Source: Archangium sp. (lineage in GTDB: Bacteria; Myxococcota; Myxococcia; Myxococcales; Myxococcaceae). From it: 15,396 nt of DNA. The stretch lies in contig JANLPS010000395.1 in the NCBI GenBank assembly GCA_031367385.1, positions 1 to 15,396 of the forward strand, written 5' to 3'. The translations under genes and the position numbers were made by a program. Below, piece after piece: positions 1 to 8,191 of the stretch; the first letter of the stretch is position 1; each line of letters starts with the position of its first letter. The notes beneath the pieces are model-generated. The model was not told where the DNA came from, did no database searches, and saw only the letters and a list, made by a program, of their open reading frames with translations.

Positions 1-160
1 CGGTGAACCCGTGCAGAAAGTACACGGCCGGGTAGCGCGCTGAGCCCTCTTGGTACCCCGGTGGCAGGTAGACGGGCATCGAGCGGGTCGACGAGTCGCC
101 CAGCGGGTTGCCCTCGAGCGAGCCTGAGAACAACGGCACGACGTGAATGGAGCCCTTCAT
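1..160 (-). CDS. Alpha/beta-hydrolase esterase (putative esterase / enterochelin-esterase-like family), N-terminal 53 codons; gene runs off the left edge
   Basis: Not in the ORF track; translated by hand from ATG at 160: MKGSIHVVPLFSGSLEGNPLGDSSTRSMPVYLPPGYQEGSARYPAVYFLHGFT. The 'NPLGD..R...VYLPPGY.....RYP.VY.LHG' pattern is typical of this family's N-terminus. The ATG overlaps the TGA of the upstream UDG gene (ATGA at 157-160). Confidence 0.85.
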   Translation of the reverse strand, partial: MKGSIHVVPLFSGSLEGNPLGDSSTRSMPVYLPPGYQEGSARYPAVYFLHGFT

Positions 161-882
161 GACGCCTTCCCGAATTTCTTCATCACTTCTTGGAGGTCGA
201 GCCAGGCCGACTTCTTCTCGTTCGGGCTCCGCAGCAGGTACGCGGGGTGAAACGTCGGCATCAGGGGAATGCCCTCGTACTCGCGCCACTGGCCTCGCAG
301 CCGGGTGATCGCCGTCGTGTCGCGCAGCAGGGTCTGCGCTGCGAACTTGCCCAACGCGACGATCACCTTGGGTCGAATCGATTGAAGCTGGGCCTTCAAG
401 AAGGGCTCGCAGGCCGCGATCTCTTCAGGCTCGGGGTTGCGGTTCATCGGCGGGCGGCACTTGTTGACGTTGCAGATGTAGACCTCGTCGCGGCTGAACT
501 TCATCGCCTCGATCATCTTGGTCAGCAGCTGGCCCGCCTTGCCGACGAAGGGCACGCCTTGCAGATCTTCATCTTGCCCGGGAGCCTCACCCACGAAGAC
601 CAGCTCGGCCTTCGGGTTGCCCGAGCCGAACACGATGTTCGTGCGCGAATTGCACAATTTGCACCGCTTGCAGTCACCCAGCTCGCGTCGAATTTCATCG
701 AGTGTCTGCACCGGGCCGCTCATCGCCGGGCGCGCGATCACCGGCACCGGCGGCGCTGCCACTGGCTTTGGAGGCGCGATCACCGTCGGGTCTCTCAGAA
801 GCGTCCGCGTGCCGTCCGACTCCTGCCACGCCAGGTGCCGGCGAAGCTCGATGATCACGTCGTGCAGGGTGTCGTCACTCAT
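157..882 (-). CDS. udg: Uracil-DNA glycosylase family 4 ([4Fe-4S] type), with ~60-aa N-terminal extension and Pro-rich linker
   Basis: Motifs CKRCKLC, VFGSGN, FVGEAPG (family-4 motif A), PFVGKAGQLL, NVNKCRPP.NRNP, AC and TFHPAYLLR (motif B). Confidence 0.95.
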   Translation of the reverse strand: MSDDTLHDVIIELRRHLAWQESDGTRTLLRDPTVIAPPKPVAAPPVPVIARPAMSGPVQTLDEIRRELGDCKRCKLCNSRTNIVFGSGNPKAELVFVGEAPGQDEDLQGVPFVGKAGQLLTKMIEAMKFSRDEVYICNVNKCRPPMNRNPEPEEIAACEPFLKAQLQSIRPKVIVALGKFAAQTLLRDTTAITRLRGQWREYEGIPLMPTFHPAYLLRSPNEKKSAWLDLQEVMKKFGKAS

Positions 883-895
883 TGCGCGGCAGTAC

Positions 896-2119
896 TTACC
901 GTGCGTCGGGCACGGGCGCCACGATGTCCCAGATGCGGGCGGCGACTTCTCGCTTGGGCCCGAAAGCCTCGGCTTTGGCCCCGGCGGCCGACCACACCGT
1001 CACCCGGTTGGTGTCGGTGCCGAAGCCGGCTCCAGGGGCGCTCACGTCATTTGCGACGATGAAGTCGAGGCGTTTTTTTTGCAGCTTCTCGAGGGCGTAC
1101 TTCTCGAGATCATGCGTCTGCGCCGCGAAGCCCACCAGCACCGGCCGCTTCGGCAAGCCGTGCACCTGCGCCGAGGCCGAGGCCAAGACGTCTGGGGTGC
1201 GCACCAGCGTCAGCGTCTCGGGGCCGCTCGACTTGGCAGCCTTTTCCTTCGCGACTTCGGCTGGTTTCCAATCGCTGACCGCTGCGGTGGCGACGAAAAA
1301 GTCACTCGAATCAACGCGTTTGAGCACCGCTTCGACCATTTGATCGGCGGTGGTGACCTCGACAATCTCCAAGCCTTCGACAGACAGGGCGTCGCTGACC
1401 GGGCCCAGCACCACCGTCACGTCCGCTCCGCGGGCGCGCGCCACGTGGGCCATCGCGAGCCCCATCTTGCCGGTCGAGGGGTTCGAGACGAAGCGCACCG
1501 GGTCCATCGGTTCGCGGGTCGGGCCGGCGGTGATCAAGACCTTGCGGCCAGCGAGCGGCCCAGCGGCGCCCAGCGCGTCAGCGTACGCAATCAGCTCGGC
1601 GAGGTCGGCCAACCGACCGGCCCCCACATCGCCATCGGCCAGCGGCCCGACGCCTGGCCCGACCATTCGAAACCGGGGTATCTCGAGCAGCGCGCGCACG
1701 TTCTGCTGGGTGAGCTCGTTCTCCCACATCGCCGTGTTCATCGCCGGGGCCAGCAACACCGGGCCGCGAAACGCGAGCAGCGAGGTGGTCACTGCGTCAT
1801 TGCCCTGCCCTGCCCTCACCCGCGCGAGCAAGTCAGCGGTCGCTGGGGCAATGATGAAGGCGTCGGCCCACCGCGCCAGGTGCAAGTGACCGAACTGCGA
1901 CTCTTGATGCGGGTCGAAGTAATCGGTCAACACGGGCTGGCCCGACAGGCTCTGCATGGTCAGTGGCGTGATGAACTCCTGAGCGGCCTTGGTCATCGCG
2001 ACGCGAACGCTGGCGCCCTGACGGCGCAATTCGCGAACGAGATCAGCTGCTTTGTACGCCGCGATGCCACCACCAACGCCCACCGCGACGTGCCGCCCCT
2101 TCAAGTACCCAGTGCTCAC
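896..2119 (-). CDS. coaBC: Bifunctional phosphopantothenoylcysteine decarboxylase / phosphopantothenate-cysteine ligase
   Basis: CoaC motifs [38 protein letters not shown]. CoaB motifs [61 protein letters not shown] start, 407 aa. Confidence 0.97.
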   Translation of the reverse strand: MSTGYLKGRHVAVGVGGGIAAYKAADLVRELRRQGASVRVAMTKAAQEFITPLTMQSLSGQPVLTDYFDPHQESQFGHLHLARWADAFIIAPATADLLARVRAGQGNDAVTTSLLAFRGPVLLAPAMNTAMWENELTQQNVRALLEIPRFRMVGPGVGPLADGDVGAGRLADLAELIAYADALGAAGPLAGRKVLITAGPTREPMDPVRFVSNPSTGKMGLAMAHVARARGADVTVVLGPVSDALSVEGLEIVEVTTADQMVEAVLKRVDSSDFFVATAAVSDWKPAEVAKEKAAKSSGPETLTLVRTPDVLASASAQVHGLPKRPVLVGFAAQTHDLEKYALEKLQKKRLDFIVANDVSAPGAGFGTDTNRVTVWSAAGAKAEAFGPKREVAARIWDIVAPVPDAR

Positions 2120-2137
2120 CCCCCAACAGCTACACCC

Positions 2138-5100
2138 TCATTCGGGAGGTGTCGACTCGACGACCGGCTCAATCACGCGATCGGTGAACGGCACTGCGGG
2201 GGCCGCATCTGGCGCCTTCATGGCCACGTGGGTCTGCTCGCCGCGAACCGAGACCACGGCGTGCGCGGGGCCTGTCTCGAACTCGGCCACGATGTCGTAT
2301 TCACCGCAAGGTATGCCGCCTGCTCGGTAGCCCGGCCCCAAAATCACCGTGCCGGCGGGAGCAAACCCCGACGGGTCGGCGGGGGCTCCGGCCGACGTCG
2401 GGGTCGCCTGCGCCGAAGTGATCTTGTCGTTCGTGTCGATCACGACCCCGCAGGTGCCGGGAGGCGCCCCCAGCACGACCTCCTGCGAGTCGCCGCTGAT
2501 CTGAATCGCCTGCATGGCCTGGTTGAGCCGGGTGCTGAACAACCAGCGCCCGGGCTTGAGCTCGACGGTGAACAGCCCGTCATTCGATGTGTCGATGGTG
2601 AGGGCGTCTTCTCGGTCTCCAGTGGCAAACACCGTCACCGCCCGGCCCCGCCCATCGGCCGCGAGCACCTTGCCGTGCACCTTGGTTGGAGCCACCAGCC
2701 GCAGCGTCACCCCCTGACCTGGCTTGATCACCGTGCGCGCCGAGTAGCGCCGCAAGAAGGCGCTGACCTCGAAGGGCTCTTTCTGATCTTCGACGATCGA
2801 GGCGGTGAACTCGCCTTTCGCATCGGTGAAGACGTCTTCGAGCATCACCATCGAGCTGACTTGGGCGTTCACCGCTGGCCGACCCTCGGCGTCGACCACG
2901 AGGCCGCTGAGGCGCTCTTGAGCCGCCAGGGTGATTTCACCCAGGTCGAGCGTGCCTGGGGGCACTTTTTGAAACACCGTTCGGTAGCCCTTCGCGGCAA
3001 TGGCGACTTCTTCAGCCTTCGCCACGCTGAAGCGGCCATCGGGGTTGGTGAGCCGGTCGTTGTTCACGACGTATTCACCGAGCGGAGCGCCATTGTCGGT
3101 GACGACGCGCCCAGTCATCTTGGGCAACGCCTTGAGCCGAAACTGCACCCCCTCGCTGGGCACCGTGATGGCCTGGTCGGCGCTCGGCTCGTACCCATCG
3201 CACTGCGCGTGCAAGGTGTAGGTCTTGCCAGCGGCGACCTCTTCGGTGCTGAAGAGGCCTCCCGTCTGGGTGTAGGCGAGGCTCACCTGTTCAGAGGCCG
3301 CGATGATCGCTCCCGAGACCGGGGCACCGCTCTCGTCGACGACCGTACCGGCCAGCCGCGAAGCAGTGTCGAGCGTCAATCGAACCTGGGCGACCCGACC
3401 AAGCTCTGCCTCCAGCGGCGCCTCGGCCCGCAAGTACCCCTTGGCGTAGCTGTAAATCGTGCTCGTGCCCCGAGGTAGGCCGAGCACCGTCACCTCGCCT
3501 CGAGCGTCGGTTCGCGATTCGCTGGCCATTCGATCGCTCTCGCTTTGCACCACGATGGTAGCGCCTTCGACCGGCGCGCCCTTTTCATCGGCCACCACCA
3601 GGTGAACACCGGCCCTCGCCTCGAGTCGCAGCTCGAGGGGCGGCCCGGGCACCGACGCCAGCCGCTCGGTCGCGCCATCTTTGTGCGTGACCAGCACCTT
3701 CCACACCCCGACCTCGGGCACCTCGACCATGAACACCCCGTCATCGTCGGTATCGGCGCTCATCTCAGACTGCATCTGCAGCTCGTCTCGCACGTTGACC
3801 CGAGCCTTCAACACCGGCTTGCCATCGGCCGTCAGCACCCGACCCGAGACCATCAGCTTCGGAGTCATCACCACCTCAACCGGCGTGTCTCCCGGCAACA
3901 CCTCGACGGTGCGAGTGGTTTGACGCACTGGCGCGTCGGCCTGGGTCGAGATCGTCACCGAATACGCACCCTGCGGCACTGGCCCCAGAACGATGAGCTC
4001 ACCCTTGTCTTGGCTCGAAGCGCTGGCAATCGTTTGCGAGTCGCTGCGCATCAGCGACACGGTCACGAACGGCACCGGGTCGCCGGCTTCATCGACCACC
4101 GAGAGCATCAGGCGGCCCGAGACCTCGAGGTCGATGGTGACCTGCGTCTCAGGTTGGTTGATCGACACCTCTTCGGGGGCCGACATCAGGGCACCAGCGC
4201 GTGCTCCGACGGTGAAGGCCTGAAACGGCAGGTTCTCGAAGCGCGCGGTGCCGTTGATCGTCTTGGCGTGATGCGCGTGGGGGTCGTCGGCCTCTTCGAA
4301 GGGGTTGCTGACCGCGAGCACCACCTCGGCTTCGATGGGCTTCGAGCCACGCACCGTATGCACGATGACGGTGTGCGCCTCGCTCAGCGTCAGTGCATCG
4401 CCAGTGGTGAGCCTGTTGGCCGTGGTGAGAAACCCGTCTGCTTCGGCGCTCACCCACAACGACTGCGCCGGCGTCGTCACCACGAATTTGCCTTCGTGGT
4501 CGGTACGACCGTCGAAGATCTGACCGGTCACCTCGTCGTACGCCATCACCCGCGCGGGCGGCGGCGTCGCCCCATCGACCTCGGAGGTCACCGTGATCTC
4601 GAAGGGCTTCGCCTCGTACACCGTCACGCCGACTTCGTCTTGCTCGGCCTCGGCAATGGCCGAGCCGAACCCGCCCGCGCCGGCACTCGAGCGCGCCGAG
4701 AACACCAGCTGAAGCTCTGGCAAGCCCTCGAAGTGAAATTGACCGGCCTGGTCGGTCACCGTCTGCGCCAGCACCTTGGGCGCGAACACATCGCGGCGAA
4801 TCACTTCTCGGGTCGAGAGCACGGTCGCGAGGTCAGTGCAGTCGAGCGCGCTCTGGCCGCAGAGGTGGCACTTGACCCGCTCCGAGAGAATCGCGGCCTC
4901 CAACGTCACAGTGACCCGCGCGCCGACCACCGGAGCGTCGTTGGCGTCGACCACCGTGCCGGTGATCGAACGGACTCCGGCATCGTTGATCTCATCGTCA
5001 GAGATGGAGACTTCGTCGAGCTGCCCCTCTTTGTGGGTGACGGCCTCGGTGACCGGGTCGGAGGCGATGGTGTCGTCGCCACCAAAGAAGAAATATCCGG

Positions 5101-5149
5101 CGGTGACGCAGGCGAGCACGACGGCGATGACGATCAACGACCGCTTCAT
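2138..5149 (-). CDS. 1003-aa membrane-anchored or exported protein of repeated carboxypeptidase-regulatory-like (CarboxypepD_reg / transthyretin-like beta-sandwich) domains; paralogue of 5157..8129
   Basis: N-terminal MKR plus hydrophobic helix. Many repeats of the type 'G.V.D..G.PV.GA.V ... TD..G.F', e.g. ITGTVVDANDAPVVGARV, VSGRVLTADGKPVLKARV, LAGTVVDESGAPVSGAII, LSGLVVDAEGRPAVNAQV. RBS GAGGG overlaps the upstream stop. No catalytic motif recognised. Confidence 0.85.
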   Translation of the reverse strand: MKRSLIVIAVVLACVTAGYFFFGGDDTIASDPVTEAVTHKEGQLDEVSISDDEINDAGVRSITGTVVDANDAPVVGARVTVTLEAAILSERVKCHLCGQSALDCTDLATVLSTREVIRRDVFAPKVLAQTVTDQAGQFHFEGLPELQLVFSARSSAGAGGFGSAIAEAEQDEVGVTVYEAKPFEITVTSEVDGATPPPARVMAYDEVTGQIFDGRTDHEGKFVVTTPAQSLWVSAEADGFLTTANRLTTGDALTLSEAHTVIVHTVRGSKPIEAEVVLAVSNPFEEADDPHAHHAKTINGTARFENLPFQAFTVGARAGALMSAPEEVSINQPETQVTIDLEVSGRLMLSVVDEAGDPVPFVTVSLMRSDSQTIASASSQDKGELIVLGPVPQGAYSVTISTQADAPVRQTTRTVEVLPGDTPVEVVMTPKLMVSGRVLTADGKPVLKARVNVRDELQMQSEMSADTDDDGVFMVEVPEVGVWKVLVTHKDGATERLASVPGPPLELRLEARAGVHLVVADEKGAPVEGATIVVQSESDRMASESRTDARGEVTVLGLPRGTSTIYSYAKGYLRAEAPLEAELGRVAQVRLTLDTASRLAGTVVDESGAPVSGAIIAASEQVSLAYTQTGGLFSTEEVAAGKTYTLHAQCDGYEPSADQAITVPSEGVQFRLKALPKMTGRVVTDNGAPLGEYVVNNDRLTNPDGRFSVAKAEEVAIAAKGYRTVFQKVPPGTLDLGEITLAAQERLSGLVVDAEGRPAVNAQVSSMVMLEDVFTDAKGEFTASIVEDQKEPFEVSAFLRRYSARTVIKPGQGVTLRLVAPTKVHGKVLAADGRGRAVTVFATGDREDALTIDTSNDGLFTVELKPGRWLFSTRLNQAMQAIQISGDSQEVVLGAPPGTCGVVIDTNDKITSAQATPTSAGAPADPSGFAPAGTVILGPGYRAGGIPCGEYDIVAEFETGPAHAVVSVRGEQTHVAMKAPDAAPAVPFTDRVIEPVVESTPPE

Positions 5150-5156
5150 GCCACCC

Positions 5157-8129
5157 TCATCGAATCAAGGTGATTTCAGCCTGCGCCGGCACTGTCACCG
5201 GAGCGATGATCGGGCCACCCGCCGACTCGGCGTGAAAGCTCGCCCAGATCAACGTGTACTGCCCGGGTTGCAGCCCGCCGAAGGTGATCTGCTCGACGCG
5301 CGGTTGGTAGACCATCTGTGCGTAGGGGCTGCGCAACAGCTCGAGTGGCGGGTTGCCCACCGCAGGCACGGTGCCTCGCACCAGCCACAACGCGAACCCC
5401 GCCGTCGGCCTGACGCGCACCGAGATCGACGCGAGGCCCGGCACCGGCCCGAAGTCGAGCTGCGCCTGGGTGCCCCGAACCTCGGTGATCAGCGCCGGAG
5501 GGTCGGTCGCGACGGTGCCAAACCCCGGCGTTGCCATCACGAACCGGTACATGCCCGGAGGCACCTCCATCGCGTAGGTGCCATCTTCGTTGGTCACCAC
5601 GGAGATGGGCTCGGCGCGATCATCATTCACGCCCGCGAGCTCGACGCCGGCAGCGGGGCGACCGTCGGGCAGATACGCGTGCCCGCTGAGCTGAACGCCA
5701 TTGCGAAGTATCAACTCGAGGCCCTGGCTGGCGTCGGCCGCTGCGCTCTTCGTCGCCGTGCGGCGACCCTTTTTCGCTACCACGGTAAAGTCTCGTTGCA
5801 AGGCCGGCTTGGACAACACGAAACGGCCGTCTGTTCCTGTCATCACGCTCTGTTCGCAGGTGTCGCACGAGACCACTGCGTCGGGCACGGCGGCGCCACT
5901 CTCGTCGCGCACCAGGCCAGTGACCTGCGCCGAATGCTTGAGTGAAAAGTCGCCGAGATCAGGCGTGTTCGGCCGGTTCTCCATGGCGGGTTCATACCCA
6001 GGCGCGTCGATCACTAGCGTGACGCGATCGACCTCTGAGCCCGGCAACGCCACTTCGAACCGGCCGTCGCTCGCGTTGACCTCGTACTCGTCGACTCTGA
6101 AGTGGGTGATCGGCTGACCTTCGACGTTGAGCACCCGGCCCCGGTACACCGATTGGCGTTTGACGTGAATGGTGATCGGGTCTCCACCGGCGGTGGCGAG
6201 CGAGCGGTCGGGCTGATCGAAGCCTCGCTGCGTGATGCGCACGGCGTAGATCGCCTTCGGGCGAAGGGGCCGAAAGCTGAACTGGCCGTTCGCGTCAGTC
6301 GTGGTCGGCTCGCTGCCCCGCGGGGTGATGCCAAGCGAGACTGAAGCGACAGGAGTGCCCAACTGATCGACGACCTGCCCGGTGATCGCAGCCCCAGCGC
6401 GCAACTCGGCCGCGAACTTCATCACCTGGTTGTCTTCGAGCTTCACCTGCTGCCGCTCGGAGGCCAGAAACTCGGGGTGGGTCGCGACCAGCGAGTACGT
6501 GTCGGGCGGCAAGCCGCGCATCACCACCACACCGTCGGCGCCCGAGGGCCGATCGCTTCGAAAATTGCCTTCGGCATGCAGCAGGGTCACCGACGCGCCT
6601 TCGATGCGCCGGCCTTCTGCGGTGACGGTGACCTCGACGCTGGCCTTTCGCTCGAGTTGCAGCTCGACGTCGTTCTTGGGAGCAGTCACCTTCACCTGCC
6701 CCCCACCCCAGTCGGAGTGATGCGCCTGCAAGGTGTACAGCCCCGGTGAGGGGACCTTCGCGTGAAACCGGCCCTCGGCGTCGGCGATCACCGAGTCTCC
6801 GGTGGGGTTCACCAGCACCGAGACACCGGGCGCTGGGCGACCGTACTCGTCCATCACTCGGCCTGAGATCATCGTGCTGCGGGTGAGCGTGACTTCGACC
6901 GAGGTGTCGCTGCCGGCCTTCACCACCACTGGCACCAAGGTGCTCGCGAAGCCGTTGGCCTGCGCGCTGATCTGATAATCGCCCACGCCGGTCGGGCCGA
7001 AGACGATCGTCTCAGCCGTCTTGGCCTTGCGCGAGCTCACCAGGTAGCCGCTGGGCACGAAGAGCTCGATGGTCGGGTCAGGAACGGGTTGATCGGCCTC
7101 GTCGAGCACCGTCACCGACACCGTGCCTCCGCGATCGAGCGAGAGCGTCAACTCAGTCACTTCGGCGTCGAGGCGGGCCTCTTGAGGCAGCGCGCTGAGC
7201 GCTCCCGAGACGGCGGAGACCAACACCGGCGAGGGAAAGAGCGTGTCGAACACCGCGAGCCCGTTCTTCGTCGCCAGCTCGCGCGAGAGGTGATTGCCAC
7301 CGAGTCGAACGACGCCCTCGATGGGTTGGCCCTTCGACACGAGGTGCACCTCGAGCCGGCGCGGCGTCTTCAGCGTCAAGGTCAGCGGGTTCGGCCCGGC
7401 TTCGACCTGGGCCGCAGTCGCTGGCAGCTTTCGTGGCGCGGTGGCCTGCACGAAAAACGGCCCCTCGCCCAGGCCCGTCAGCTCGAAGCGGCCGTCGGCC
7501 CCCGCCTGAGCCTCGACGAAGCGGGTCAATCGCCGCGAAGTCGCTCGCACCGTGCCCGCCACCGGTTGACCATTGACGTCGCGAAGCTTGCCGACGATCG
7601 ACCGCAGCCGGGGCAAGAACAACTCGACGGGGTCTCCCGGAGCGGCCCGCTCTTTGACACCCTCACCCAGCCCCGCCGCCCTGCCCCACACCGTGAACGA
7701 GATGCCGACGAGGTGCTCGAATCGAAACGCCCCGGTGGCATCGGTCTTCGTCGAGGCCCCTGCGGTCAACGCCCCTTTGTGCGCCTCGAGCATCGAGGCC
7801 AGGCTCAGCGCGGTCTCGCCCGCTCCGCAGGTGAGCAGGGGTTCGCCGCAGGTCTGACAGTGCAGCGAGGCCAGGCTCTCTTGTGAGCTCGCCGCGAGAA
7901 ACACCTCGGCGTTCGGCACCGCGGCGCCAGTGGCATCGCGCACCACGCCACGCAAGGTCAGCCCCTCGGCGGCGTCGTTGTGAACCTGCACCGCCGCGAA
8001 CGCATGGTCCTCGACGGGAGCGACGACCGCCTCAGAGCTCGTCGAAGGGCCCGATGGCTTTGGCCAGAAGACCACGGCAGCCGCGACGGCCAGCAGCACC
8101 GCACCAACCAGCAGCCAAAGTCTTCTCAT
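5157..8129 (-). CDS. ~990-aa membrane-anchored or exported CarboxypepD_reg-repeat protein; paralogue of 2138..5149
   Basis: MRR plus hydrophobic helix ending FWPKP. Repeats LRGVVRDATGAAVPNAEV, IVGKLRDVNGQPVAG, ISGRVMDEYGRPAPGVSV, ITGQVVDQLGTPVASVSL, VTGLVRDESGAAVPDAVV. ATG at 8129 preferred; the ORF track uses TTG at 8135. Confidence 0.85.
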   Translation of the reverse strand: MRRLWLLVGAVLLAVAAAVVFWPKPSGPSTSSEAVVAPVEDHAFAAVQVHNDAAEGLTLRGVVRDATGAAVPNAEVFLAASSQESLASLHCQTCGEPLLTCGAGETALSLASMLEAHKGALTAGASTKTDATGAFRFEHLVGISFTVWGRAAGLGEGVKERAAPGDPVELFLPRLRSIVGKLRDVNGQPVAGTVRATSRRLTRFVEAQAGADGRFELTGLGEGPFFVQATAPRKLPATAAQVEAGPNPLTLTLKTPRRLEVHLVSKGQPIEGVVRLGGNHLSRELATKNGLAVFDTLFPSPVLVSAVSGALSALPQEARLDAEVTELTLSLDRGGTVSVTVLDEADQPVPDPTIELFVPSGYLVSSRKAKTAETIVFGPTGVGDYQISAQANGFASTLVPVVVKAGSDTSVEVTLTRSTMISGRVMDEYGRPAPGVSVLVNPTGDSVIADAEGRFHAKVPSPGLYTLQAHHSDWGGGQVKVTAPKNDVELQLERKASVEVTVTAEGRRIEGASVTLLHAEGNFRSDRPSGADGVVVMRGLPPDTYSLVATHPEFLASERQQVKLEDNQVMKFAAELRAGAAITGQVVDQLGTPVASVSLGITPRGSEPTTTDANGQFSFRPLRPKAIYAVRITQRGFDQPDRSLATAGGDPITIHVKRQSVYRGRVLNVEGQPITHFRVDEYEVNASDGRFEVALPGSEVDRVTLVIDAPGYEPAMENRPNTPDLGDFSLKHSAQVTGLVRDESGAAVPDAVVSCDTCEQSVMTGTDGRFVLSKPALQRDFTVVAKKGRRTATKSAAADASQGLELILRNGVQLSGHAYLPDGRPAAGVELAGVNDDRAEPISVVTNEDGTYAMEVPPGMYRFVMATPGFGTVATDPPALITEVRGTQAQLDFGPVPGLASISVRVRPTAGFALWLVRGTVPAVGNPPLELLRSPYAQMVYQPRVEQITFGGLQPGQYTLIWASFHAESAGGPIIAPVTVPAQAEITLIR

Positions 8130-8146
8130 GGGCAAGGCCCGACCAT

Positions 8147-8188
8147 AAAGGGGACAGGCTGGATTAACGAAACCAGCCTGTCCCCTTT
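8147..8188. terminator. Perfect 16-bp inverted repeat with 10-nt loop; intrinsic-terminator-like hairpin or REP-like palindrome
   Basis: AAAGGGGACAGGCTGG (8147-8162), loop ATTAACGAAA, CCAGCCTGTCCCCTTT (8173-8188). On the minus strand it begins 3 nt after the TAG of the FadL-like gene. U-tracts are short: TTTA on minus, TTTTA on plus. Confidence 0.7.
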
Positions 8189-8191
8189 TAC

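Noticed and set aside
1073..1080. T8 homopolymer (A8 on the coding strand) in coaBC as a phase-variation or frameshift site
   Set aside because: It encodes Q-K-K in the conserved KLxxKxLD region, the frame is intact, and the gene is normally essential.
518..3478. 986-aa plus-strand ORF, and other long plus-strand ORFs at 190-1062, 3545-5173, 4776-5945, 8306-9307 and 10264-11604
   Set aside because: They lie antisense to well-supported genes, are Arg/His/Gly-rich with no motifs, and are the expected shadow ORFs of high-GC codon usage.
2133..5160. Both large paralogues end in the same 9-mer ATGAGGGTG on the minus strand
   Set aside because: Adequately explained by a TGA stop merged with an SD-like GAGGG for the next gene; too short to call a repeat or recombination site.
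2138..8129. Calling the two large proteins carboxypeptidases or TonB-dependent receptors
   Set aside because: No M14 zinc-binding catalytic motif, plug domain or C-terminal barrel is visible; only the repeated accessory-type domains are.
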